DNA of 64,000 nt from Chthonomonadales bacterium (GTDB taxonomy: Bacteria > Armatimonadota > Chthonomonadetes > Chthonomonadales > CAJBBX01). The DNA lies in assembly GCA_037443035.1 (NCBI GenBank), contig JBBIPC010000007.1, forward strand, positions 1 to 64,000, written 5' to 3'. The first letter of the stretch is position 1. Every line of letters starts with the position of its first letter. The notes beneath the pieces were generated by a model, which made no database searches, was not told where the DNA came from, and saw only the letters and a list, made by a program, of their open reading frames with translations. Made by a program: the position numbers and the translations under genes. Positions 38,824 to 47,543 of this stretch are shown piece by piece.

Positions 38824-41246
38824 TGGACGACGGACGCCAGCTCGATCGTGCACGTCGGTCCGAGTCGCGTCACCCTGGCAGGTGCCACGTTGTCGGGGCT
38901 TACCGTGCTGGCATGGACCTGGCCTGACCACGGCAGATCCACGTGGATACGAACCGGACCACACGGACGTACCGTGTCCGTCGAAAGATCTATGGCCGTG
39001 TTGGCGCAATCCACATCGAGCGCTACTACCCCATCAGGCTTCCAGAGGGCGATCTCCAGCGTGCTTGGAGCCTCCGCCGAGACCAGCCTACGGCACGGAA
39101 GCCGGCCTATGAGGCTGGGAAGAAGCTCCTGCCGGCGCGATGACTGGAGGTAGTACTTCATTCCCAGGCCCTCTCCCAGGCTCACCCACCTACCCTTGCC
39201 GATCGTCCGCTCCGACGGCGATCCTTCTGAACCACCAGGGATCCCGAGCAGTCCTCTCTTCCTCGGCTCGAAGGCCCGTTCGACTCCGTGGCGACTTCCG
39301 CACGGTCCAGTCGTAACCAGGTAGCCGCCGTTGCGAACCCACCTCTCGATAGCCTGCAGCGCCTTATCGGAAAGGCACTCGACATCGGGGAGTATCAGCA
39401 CACGAATGCCACGTAGATGCTTCTCTTCGATACGCCAGTCCGGTAGCACTCGATACGGGAGATGAGCGTCCATTAGTGCGGTGCCCCAGCCCCAGTGCCC
39501 GAAGATGTTGGGTTGGCTGTCCATGTCCGGGAAACCGCCCGGGGCGAGTTCCCATAGCTGACAGTCCGGAGAGAATACGAGAGCGATGTCGGCGACGGGC
39601 CTGCGACGCACGAACCGTGTCTCGTGTGTGCGGAGGAAGTCGTTCCACCAGGCATGGCTCTGCAGCGTACCGGCAACACGCGGTTGACGAGGATCGCACA
39701 ACAGGACCGCACCGTTGGCGAATGCCTCGGCCATTAGCACTCGCCCGAGACCGGGCCGATTGGCCAGCCTACCAGCCTGGTTTTCCACGTAGTACCATGC
39801 CGCGCAATAGCGGGACGATTGATGCGCGAGCGCAGCCCGGTAGACCACAGCCATCTTCCCATCCGGCGGGAGCATGATGCCGCGCGTGCCGGTACCCATG
39901 TGCCAGCCCGGCGTCACCTCAGTGTGGACCATGTCGGTCCACTCCTCGCGGGCCCATCCAAGGCCGTAGAGGGGTATGTCGTTGCCACAGACGAGGAAAT
40001 CCGAGCATCCACCTTCGCGAGCACCCCTGTGGAGCGCACGATGGAGTGCTTTCAAGTCGCTTCGGGCCTGAATCTGCCTGCCGGCTCGATAGAGCCGCCA
40101 CAAAGCGTCTTCCTTCCATCGAGTGTCACGCCACGCCGGATCCGTCAGGTCGGCTGGGTCTGCAGCGCCATACATGCGCGCTCTGGCTCTCAACGACTCC
40201 CGGATATCGCCCGTTAGTGCCTCGCCCGCCTCGCGCACCGTCGCCTCAGGCGCGTCCCGAGACACATACTCGCGGAACCTGTGTACCGACCAGTCGCCAA
40301 ACGCATGGCGAATGGGCGGGTAGCCGAAGTTGTCCCAAGGCGACCAGTTGTCGCACCAGACACCGTGAACTCCTGCCTGTGCGATGGCGCGTGCCGAGGC
40401 CCGGGCATAGTCGCGCCAGAAGGGAGCCGACAGGTCCTTGTGGATGGAGATCACCCCGCACCAGACGTCCGTGCCGTCGGGGAGTCGTTCACCCTCGATC
40501 TCGTGGATGCCCGCCGTCGCCCGGAACAGCCCCTCGATCAGTGCGGGCGGCGCATCGCCACCCCGCGGTACACCGACAGCCGCGCCGAAGATAGGGTGCA
40601 GCTTCCCATTGATATCTTTCGAACCGCACGCATCCCAGATAGCTGCGTCCAGTGGCTCAGGAACGCCAGGTAGGCGGCCCGTGGCCGGTCTCCCATCGGG
40701 GTATCGCGGCGCCGGGATGCCTCTTGCGCGCAGCGTGTAGTGCGGCCGGAGATAATCCTGTTCCATTGCGCAGGCATGCACTCCGGCCCATCGGAACACG
40801 TTTCCATGCTCGAGTTTGCGATCGCCCCAGCACCAATGCGTGCGTACTGCCTTGGCCAACTCCGGATCATCGGACCGTAACGCGAACGAGCCGTCCTCCT
40901 TCCGAATTAGGGCGATGGCATAGACCATGCAATCGCCCACGCCCTCCACGTACGTCAGAATCCGTGCGCCGGCCTGTAGCACCTCTCTGGCGATGGAGCG
41001 CGTATCGAGGCAGGACAAGCGCTGGCACCAAGGTCCCCATGTGGGATCCGCGGCGATATTGCAGAGAAGCACGCGCGCACCTGACTTGTGGTACTCCTCC
41101 GGCGAAGCGGACTGTATCACCGTCGGCAGGATGTCCGACCAACGTGGAGACTGTTCGTCGGACCTTCGTCTCCACGGCAACGCGAGGGCGATGCTGCTGA
41201 TGAGTACTTCCCTGCGGGTTAGTTCCGGAGTGTCCTCCGATGGCAT
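38766..41246 (-). CDS. Uncharacterised GH-like TIM-barrel protein with a beta-galactosidase trimerisation (GATase-like) domain
   Basis: TRREVL N-terminus; DLSAPFWRDY..GVHGVWCDN; VLILPDVECLSD..IERWVRNGGYLV. Start placed at MPSED (41246); convergent overlap with the rsmA 3' end. Confidence 0.6.
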   Translation of the reverse strand: MPSEDTPELTRREVLISSIALALPWRRRSDEQSPRWSDILPTVIQSASPEEYHKSGARVLLCNIAADPTWGPWCQRLSCLDTRSIAREVLQAGARILTYVEGVGDCMVYAIALIRKEDGSFALRSDDPELAKAVRTHWCWGDRKLEHGNVFRWAGVHACAMEQDYLRPHYTLRARGIPAPRYPDGRPATGRLPGVPEPLDAAIWDACGSKDINGKLHPIFGAAVGVPRGGDAPPALIEGLFRATAGIHEIEGERLPDGTDVWCGVISIHKDLSAPFWRDYARASARAIAQAGVHGVWCDNWSPWDNFGYPPIRHAFGDWSVHRFREYVSRDAPEATVREAGEALTGDIRESLRARARMYGAADPADLTDPAWRDTRWKEDALWRLYRAGRQIQARSDLKALHRALHRGAREGGCSDFLVCGNDIPLYGLGWAREEWTDMVHTEVTPGWHMGTGTRGIMLPPDGKMAVVYRAALAHQSSRYCAAWYYVENQAGRLANRPGLGRVLMAEAFANGAVLLCDPRQPRVAGTLQSHAWWNDFLRTHETRFVRRRPVADIALVFSPDCQLWELAPGGFPDMDSQPNIFGHWGWGTALMDAHLPYRVLPDWRIEEKHLRGIRVLILPDVECLSDKALQAIERWVRNGGYLVTTGPCGSRHGVERAFEPRKRGLLGIPGGSEGSPSERTIGKGRWVSLGEGLGMKYYLQSSRRQELLPSLIGRLPCRRLVSAEAPSTLEIALWKPDGVVALDVDCANTAIDLSTDTVRPCGPVRIHVDLPWSGQVHASTVSPDNVAPARVTRLGPTCTIELASVVHYVSVRLSPAEAGKPRSAR

Positions 41247-41250
41247 GCCG

Positions 41251-41691
41251 TCACGTGGCTGGATCAGTATCGGAGTCGGTCTGAGCGGTCTCTTCGACGT
41301 TTGTTGCCTTCGCTTCCGGAACCTCCTCGGCGGCCTTCTCAGCATCCAGCGCTGCCTTGGCTGCCGCACCAATGCGCATGGTCAGAAGGTCCGCGTCCCT
41401 GGCTTCGCCAGCCACGATCTCCCCGTACTGGGCACCTCCATCTACTCCCTTCCACGCGAAGACCAGACGTGCGTTTTTCATGTGCGAAAGGAAGCCGTGG
41501 GCGTGGCCCACGACCTCTCGGGCGGCAGATGGGCTCGTCACGGCTATCGCTATGCGCTGATACCCCTGGGCGTCTGCTACTTCGTCAGCAGGAGGCTCGA
41601 CCAGGCGGCCCCGCAAGTGCGGCACCACCCTTTCTACGAAGGCGTCGCGGTCCCGGTCCGTCACGAAGTGCAAGGTCAGGATGAACGGCAT
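41251..41691 (-). CDS. Hypothetical protein
   Basis: 146-aa ORF with a GAGG RBS, co-oriented between the AKR and the GH-like gene with short spacers. Confidence 0.6.
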   Translation of the reverse strand: MPFILTLHFVTDRDRDAFVERVVPHLRGRLVEPPADEVADAQGYQRIAIAVTSPSAAREVVGHAHGFLSHMKNARLVFAWKGVDGGAQYGEIVAGEARDADLLTMRIGAAAKAALDAEKAAEEVPEAKATNVEETAQTDSDTDPAT

Positions 41692-41700
41692 GGCTACACC

Positions 41701-42882
41701 TCACTTCCAGAGTCGTTGTCCGGCCCTACCTGCCAGGCGTTCATGGGTATCCCTGAGCAGGGTCGGAATATCGAGTTTCAGCGGACAGCGTGGCAGACAC
41801 TCCCCGCAATTCGTGCAGAAGTCCCCCTGGGCACCTGGGAACCAGTGTCCCGCACCACCGGTCCGTTCGCCCGTGGCTGGATCCCGTCGGACGAACATGC
41901 CGTACCGGTACCGCCCGAACTCCACCATGTCGAACGCCACGGCAAGGTTCCGCAGGCGCAGGATCTCCGGTATATGCACATCTTCCGGGCATGGCAAGCA
42001 TGCGTGGCAGAAGCTGCAGTAGGTGGTGCCCAACGCATGCAGGGCATCTTCCAGTCGTCGAGCCACGGCGGAGGCTTGTTCCGGCAGCGGCCCCTCCTGG
42101 TCAGCACCGGTCAGATGCGCATCGAACTCTTGCGGCGTTGCGGCACCAACCGAGAGCGTGTGTACCTCCGGTTGGGCCAGGAGCCACCGCTGGTTGAACT
42201 CGATGGGCGTCAGGGGGTGGCAAAGTTCAGCCAGCTTCCGCGGAGGGTTGAAAAGCTGCCCACCTTTGTCGGTCGGTGAGATGATGAACACGCCCATGTC
42301 CATGGAGGCTGCAAGCTCCACAGCGGGTCTGTTCCGCTGGTTGACGAAATAGTAGTGCAGGTTCACGGCTTCGAACTCGCCCGTTCCGATGGCTCGTAGA
42401 ATCGTCTCCAGCGGCGCATGTGTAGCGAAACCCAGATGCCCGACCAGACCTTCGTCCATCGCCCGGCGGACCGCCGTCAGCGTGCCTTGGTGCTGGAGGG
42501 TGAGATCCAGGAGTTCGTCGGTATTGATGCCGTGAATATCCAGAATATCCACCCTATCCGTGTTGAGTCGGATCAGGGAATCATCGAGGGCAGCACGGAA
42601 CTCATCTGCCGTGGCAGCAGGCGCGATCTTCGTCGTCAGGAGGAACTCCTCGCGACGGATGACGCCTTCCCTAATCGCGCTTCCGATGAGCGCTTCGCTC
42701 GGTCCATATCCCCTCGCCGTCTCGATGTGGTTGATTCCCACATCCAGCGCCCGACGCAGCGTCGCGAACGCGCGCTCCCGATTCTCGTGCTCGGTCTCCT
42801 CCGGCATGGGCGGGATGCGCATGGCGCCGAATGTCAGTACGGTCGTATGGAGATTGGTCTTACCGAAGCGTCGTTTCTGCAT
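41701..42882 (-). CDS. Aldo/keto reductase with C-terminal 4Fe-4S dicluster (COG1453-type)
   Basis: KRRFGKT..FGAMR, GINHIETARGYG, LTTK; CSFCHACLPCP and CTNCGECLPRCP. Confidence 0.9.
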   Translation of the reverse strand: MQKRRFGKTNLHTTVLTFGAMRIPPMPEETEHENRERAFATLRRALDVGINHIETARGYGPSEALIGSAIREGVIRREEFLLTTKIAPAATADEFRAALDDSLIRLNTDRVDILDIHGINTDELLDLTLQHQGTLTAVRRAMDEGLVGHLGFATHAPLETILRAIGTGEFEAVNLHYYFVNQRNRPAVELAASMDMGVFIISPTDKGGQLFNPPRKLAELCHPLTPIEFNQRWLLAQPEVHTLSVGAATPQEFDAHLTGADQEGPLPEQASAVARRLEDALHALGTTYCSFCHACLPCPEDVHIPEILRLRNLAVAFDMVEFGRYRYGMFVRRDPATGERTGGAGHWFPGAQGDFCTNCGECLPRCPLKLDIPTLLRDTHERLAGRAGQRLWK

Positions 42883-43021
42883 GGTGCTCCCTCGGCCCAT
42901 TCTAGCAGAGCCAACTTCCCCCGTCAATTCGCAGCCTGGGCGTCCTGCCATCGCCGAGCCGTGTCCGGCGTGGTGGTCCCTGGGCGCTCAGGTATCATAT
43001 CCACGCTAACGATTTCCGCCT

Positions 43022-44437
43022 ATGGTACCGAAACTCCTGCGCACGCTTGGCGATTACTGGTTCCCTATGGCCACTGCTATGGCGGCGGTGGTGGCACTCG
43101 GATGGTGGGTGCATGGTTACCTGTATCCGCCACCGGTTCCGGAGCGTGCACTCGGCATCGAGCAGTTCCGCACAAGGCCCGCGGCGCCGTCCCCGGCGGC
43201 CACCTCGTCGGCGACGAGTTTCAGCCGCCAACCTAGCCGTTTCGAGGCGCTCCCCGGCGTGTGGCCGTGGTTCCGAGGACCGATCCACGATAACGTCGTC
43301 CAGTCGGATGTCTCCATCTCCTTGGACTGGGGAGCCAACGGGCCACCTGTCGTCTGGAAGGTCGCCATGGGCGAAGGTTACGCGGCTCCGGCGGTGTGCA
43401 ATGGGCGAGTTTACGTGATAGATTACGATCAGGTTGGTCAGGCGGACGCTATCCGATGCTTTGCACTCTCCAATGGAGAAGAACTGTGGCGTCGCTCCTA
43501 TCCTGTGGTCGTCAAACGTAATCATGGTATGTCCCGTACCATCCCAGCGGTCTCCGACAAGCACGTCGTGACGCTGGGACCCAAGTGCCACCTGTCATGC
43601 ATGGATCCGCTCACAGGCAAACTGCTTTGGCAGCACGATCTTGTCGCAGAATACGGCGTAACCGTGCCGGAATGGTACGCAGGCCAGTGTCCGCTGCTCG
43701 ATGGGGACAGGGTTATCGTCGGCACGGGCGGCCAGGCGCTCATGATGGCGTTTCGTCTGGCCGACGGGAAGATCGCATGGCAGACTCCGAACCCACGCGG
43801 CTGGGTGATGACCCACTCGTCGGTTCTTCCGATCACCGTTGGCGGCAGGAGACAGTACGTATGGTGCGCCAGCGGAGGGGTTGTTGGGGTGGACGCATCC
43901 ACTGGGAAGGTGCTCTGGGAGAATCTGGACTGGGTTATCAGTACCGCGACGGTTCCTACGCCTGTAGACCTCGGCAGCGGCAGGTTGTTCCTGAGCGGAG
44001 GTTACAACTCCGGAGCCATGTTTCTGAAGATAACGGGCGCGGGTTCGACCTTTGCAGCAACCGTCGAGCAGCGGCTTCCCGCTTCCATCTTCGGTGCTGA
44101 ACAGCAAACACCGATTTTCTACAAGGGTCACATCTACGGCGTGAAAACGGGCGGTAAGATGGTATGCCTGGACCCAGCGGGTCGCCCTCTCTGGGACAGC
44201 GGAACGGATAGGTTCGGCCTGGGTCCCTATCTTGTCTGGAACGGTACCATATTGGCCATGAGCGATAGTGGGACCCTGAGCGCCATCGAAGCTACACCGA
44301 CGGGCTACAAGCGCCTAGCCCAGGCGAAGGTCTTGAACGGACCGGAGGCATGGGGGCCCATGGCGCCGGCCGGTACGCGTCTTCTCGTCCGGGACCTGAC
44401 GGAGATGCGCTGCTTGGAACTTGGGAAGTCTCGGTAG
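43022..44437 (+). CDS. Membrane-anchored PQQ-binding-like (BamB-type) beta-propeller protein
   Basis: N-terminal TM; WPWFRGP..N, W...GP..VW, GEGYAAPAV, repeated D..TGK.LW blades, W.PMA...TRLLVRD. Confidence 0.85.
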   Translation: MVPKLLRTLGDYWFPMATAMAAVVALGWWVHGYLYPPPVPERALGIEQFRTRPAAPSPAATSSATSFSRQPSRFEALPGVWPWFRGPIHDNVVQSDVSISLDWGANGPPVVWKVAMGEGYAAPAVCNGRVYVIDYDQVGQADAIRCFALSNGEELWRRSYPVVVKRNHGMSRTIPAVSDKHVVTLGPKCHLSCMDPLTGKLLWQHDLVAEYGVTVPEWYAGQCPLLDGDRVIVGTGGQALMMAFRLADGKIAWQTPNPRGWVMTHSSVLPITVGGRRQYVWCASGGVVGVDASTGKVLWENLDWVISTATVPTPVDLGSGRLFLSGGYNSGAMFLKITGAGSTFAATVEQRLPASIFGAEQQTPIFYKGHIYGVKTGGKMVCLDPAGRPLWDSGTDRFGLGPYLVWNGTILAMSDSGTLSAIEATPTGYKRLAQAKVLNGPEAWGPMAPAGTRLLVRDLTEMRCLELGKSR

Positions 44438-44476
44438 AGGAGCATAACCCTGGCGCAGGGGAACGTATAGGACAGT

Positions 44477-45466
44477 ATGGGCAGGGAAGATCGAGATACG
44501 CGCACTACGCGACGGGACCTCTTCCGCGGCGGCGCCACGATTGTCGCCCTCTCCACGCTCGTGGCGGGATGCAGCGACAGACGTACGCGTTCGCATAGCG
44601 TGCACCCCGATGAAGATACGCCACCGCCCACGGATCCTGCCCTCGTCAAGTATCGGGAGAAAGCACGCCTGCCAATCACGGTACCGGAACCGAGGGGGAT
44701 CGCCTGGGATGGCGCTAGTTCGGTATGGGTCGTTGGCAACGGCGAAATGCAGCGCTCCCCCATCGAGGGGCCGTCCCCGGTGGCGGAGACGATCCGCTAT
44801 GACGGCCCAGGGGCGTGCGTGGCCTTCGACCATAAGAGGCTGCTTGTGGGCGTCGAAGGCAAGGTGCTCGAGGTACCGACGAGCTCATGGTTACCTCGTG
44901 TCTGGCTCGACGCCGGCCCCGATGCTGTTATCACATGTATCGCTGTAGGCAAAGATGCCATCTACCTCGCCGATGCCGGGCATCGCAGGATCGTGCGATG
45001 CACTCTGGATGGCAAGATACGCGGCTATCTCTGCGAGAAGGATGAGAAGCGAGGGTACGGCGGACTCATCGTCCCGAGCCCACACCTCGATGTCTGCGTG
45101 GACGCCGAAGGCGCAGTTCATGTCGCGAATCCGGGCAGTCATCGCATCGAGATCTACGACCCCGATGGTGCGCCCCGTTGGTCTTGGGGTGAGGAGTCCC
45201 AGGACATGCCTGGATTCTGCGGTTGCTGCAACCCAACGGACTTCGCACTCTTGCCGGACGGGCGCTATGTCACTGCCGAGAAAGGCATACCGCGCATCAA
45301 GATCTACAGCCCTGAAGGGCACTTCGAGTGTGTCGTGGCCGGTCCCGAGCGTCTCTCCCCGGGAGTGGTCGGCGTGGACGTCGCGGTCCTGGCCAACGGA
45401 GTGATCGCGGCTCTGGATAGGGGAATCGGTGCTGTTCGGCTCTTCGCACGGTCCGAGGGAGGATAG
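44477..45466 (+). CDS. Tat-exported lipoprotein, NHL-repeat beta-propeller with GFCGCCNP motif
   Basis: TTRRDLF twin-Arg, lipobox LVAGC; EPRGIA, IYLADAGHRRI, VHVANPGSHRIEIY, FCGCCNPTDFA. Confidence 0.8.
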   Translation: MGREDRDTRTTRRDLFRGGATIVALSTLVAGCSDRRTRSHSVHPDEDTPPPTDPALVKYREKARLPITVPEPRGIAWDGASSVWVVGNGEMQRSPIEGPSPVAETIRYDGPGACVAFDHKRLLVGVEGKVLEVPTSSWLPRVWLDAGPDAVITCIAVGKDAIYLADAGHRRIVRCTLDGKIRGYLCEKDEKRGYGGLIVPSPHLDVCVDAEGAVHVANPGSHRIEIYDPDGAPRWSWGEESQDMPGFCGCCNPTDFALLPDGRYVTAEKGIPRIKIYSPEGHFECVVAGPERLSPGVVGVDVAVLANGVIAALDRGIGAVRLFARSEGG

Positions 45467-45469
45467 CTC

Positions 45470-45682
45470 GTGACAGTAACGCGCAGGGAGTGGCTGAGGG
45501 CGTTGGCCCGACTTGGTGTCGCCGCCGGGGTCATTGGTGGCGCCGCTTGTCTCATGCACCGTCCCGAGGGATCGTGCACTGTGGCGCCGGATTGTGGCGA
45601 GTGCGCGGCGCTGAGAGGATGCCGCCTTCCCCAGGCAGAGATCGCGCGCAGGACACAGGCAATAGCCGGACGGTCCAGGTGA
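45470..45682 (+). CDS. Small twin-arginine/TM protein with four Cys (C-x5-C-x2-C-x5-C)
   Basis: GTG start after GGAGG; VTRREWLR, hydrophobic helix, CTVAPDCGECAALRGC; stop overlaps the next start (GTGA). Confidence 0.65.
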   Translation: MTVTRREWLRALARLGVAAGVIGGAACLMHRPEGSCTVAPDCGECAALRGCRLPQAEIARRTQAIAGRSR

Positions 45683-46251
45683 GTGACATGACACAGCAGA
45701 AGGGACTCACACGTCGGGAGATCCTCGCGGGAGCCGCACGCGCTGGTACGGCCGCTGCCACTGGCGGGGTACTGGTGTCGCTGGCACGAGGCGCGCACTC
45801 GTCACCGACCGTCTGGCAGATCGATCCTGACAAGTGCATCCAATGCAACAAGTGCGCCACCGAGTGCGTGCTCACTCCGTCCGCGGTCAAGTGTGTCCAC
45901 GCCTACGCCATTTGCGGCTACTGCAAGCTATGCTTCGGGCTGCTCCGAGACAAGCGCACGGGCAATACCCTCACCGCTGAGAACAACCGGTGCCCGGTCG
46001 ACGCCATCGAGCGGCGATTCGTCGAGGACCCGTACTACGAGATGTACATCGATGAGCAACTCTGCATCGGTTGTGGCATCTGCGTCAAGGGGTGCAATCG
46101 CTTCGGCAACGGGTCCCTGTTCCTGCAGATACGCCATGACCGATGCGTCAACTGCAACGAGTGCGCCATAGCCCGCGTCTGCCCCTCCAATGCCTTTGTG
46201 CGGGTGCCAGCCTCTAGGCCGTATCTGCTCCGGAGCCAGCGCCGAGCGTGA
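45679..46251 (+). CDS. Tat-signal polyferredoxin (about four 4Fe-4S clusters; NapG/RnfB-like)
   Basis: LTRREIL; CIQCNKCATEC, CGYCKLC, CPVDAI, CIGCGICVKGC, CVNCNEC..VCP. Confidence 0.85.
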   Translation: MSDMTQQKGLTRREILAGAARAGTAAATGGVLVSLARGAHSSPTVWQIDPDKCIQCNKCATECVLTPSAVKCVHAYAICGYCKLCFGLLRDKRTGNTLTAENNRCPVDAIERRFVEDPYYEMYIDEQLCIGCGICVKGCNRFGNGSLFLQIRHDRCVNCNECAIARVCPSNAFVRVPASRPYLLRSQRRA

Positions 46252-47543
46252 GGAAGCAGGCATTCGTATCTATCGCCGCCGGCTGGTTCATCCTCCTGGC
46301 TGCGGCACTCGGGGCACAGGAACAGAAGAAGCAGCCGCCCCCCGAGTTCTCTTCTGGGTATTTCCCGCCTACGCCGACGACCCCTCAACCTCGGCTGGAC
46401 ACGTTCGCCGTCGTGGATGTCGTGGTGCTCTTCGTGGTACTGGTGCTGACGGTCTGGTTCGTATACCGCATGCGGTCCAGAACGATGGTCCGCCTCCTTG
46501 TTGTGTTTTCCGTGCTCTACTTCGGCTTCTACCGCCTGGGGTGCGTCTGCGCTGTGGGGAGCATCCAGAACGTCGCTCTGGCGATCGGGGACCGAAGCTA
46601 CACCCTTCCCGTGACAGTCGGCGCGTTCTTCGCCCTGCCCCTCGTCTTCGCGTTGTTGTATGGCCGCGTATTCTGCGCCGCCGCTTGTCCCCTTGGCGCC
46701 ATCCAGGACCTCGTGCTCCTTCGGCCCCGCCAGATCCATCGGGCGCTGAATGAGACTCTGGGTGTGGTCCCCTACCTCTACCTTGGCGCTGCCGTAGCCT
46801 TCGCCTGGACCGGCGCCGGGTTTGTCATCTGCCGGTACGACCCATTCATACCGTTCTATCGGCTGGGCGGCCACTGGGGCGTCATGGCGCTGGGAGCAGG
46901 TCTGCTCGTTCTCGGAACGGTCGTCGGTCGCCCCTACTGCCGTTACCTGTGCCCCTACAGCGTCCTTCTGCGCTGGACATCGGCGCTGTCCGCTCGGCGT
47001 GTGCGCATCACGCCCGGCGAGTGCCTTCACTGTCACCTCTGCGCCGATGAATGCCCCTTCGGCGCCATTCAACCTCCCACTCGTTTCGAGCCGGTATGGG
47101 ACCGGGGCGCGGCACGGCGGAAGCTGATCATAGCGCTAGTCTTGCTCCCCCTGCTGACCGTAGGGCTTGGTGTCCTAGGATACGCCGCAGCACCGGCCAT
47201 GGCCCGTGTGCATCGTGATATCCGCCTCGCCGAACGACTCTGGCTCGAGGAGACCGGCCGCGTTCGAGGCGTCACCGATGAGACCGAGGCATATCGCCAG
47301 CTTGCGTTGCCCAACACCGCGGCTTATCACCGGGCAGCAAGAGTGCGCCGCAAGTTCGATGTAGCAGGTGCCCTTCTTGGGTGCTGGTTCGGCCTTGTCA
47401 TCGGTGCTAGGCTGATCAGCGTTACGATCCGCCGCAATAGGGAGGACTACGAAGCGGATCGGAGTGGATGCGTTGCCTGCGCTCGCTGCTACATGTCCTG
47501 TCCGGTGGAGCACGAACGGTTGGGGCTGATCACGCTCGAATGA
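46248..47543 (+). CDS. Membrane polyferredoxin, NapH/YccM family
   Basis: Multi-TM; GRVFCAAACPLGAIQD, RPYCRYLCPY, CLHCHLCADECPFGAI, CVACARCYMSCP. Confidence 0.88.
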   Translation: MRKQAFVSIAAGWFILLAAALGAQEQKKQPPPEFSSGYFPPTPTTPQPRLDTFAVVDVVVLFVVLVLTVWFVYRMRSRTMVRLLVVFSVLYFGFYRLGCVCAVGSIQNVALAIGDRSYTLPVTVGAFFALPLVFALLYGRVFCAAACPLGAIQDLVLLRPRQIHRALNETLGVVPYLYLGAAVAFAWTGAGFVICRYDPFIPFYRLGGHWGVMALGAGLLVLGTVVGRPYCRYLCPYSVLLRWTSALSARRVRITPGECLHCHLCADECPFGAIQPPTRFEPVWDRGAARRKLIIALVLLPLLTVGLGVLGYAAAPAMARVHRDIRLAERLWLEETGRVRGVTDETEAYRQLALPNTAAYHRAARVRRKFDVAGALLGCWFGLVIGARLISVTIRRNREDYEADRSGCVACARCYMSCPVEHERLGLITLE

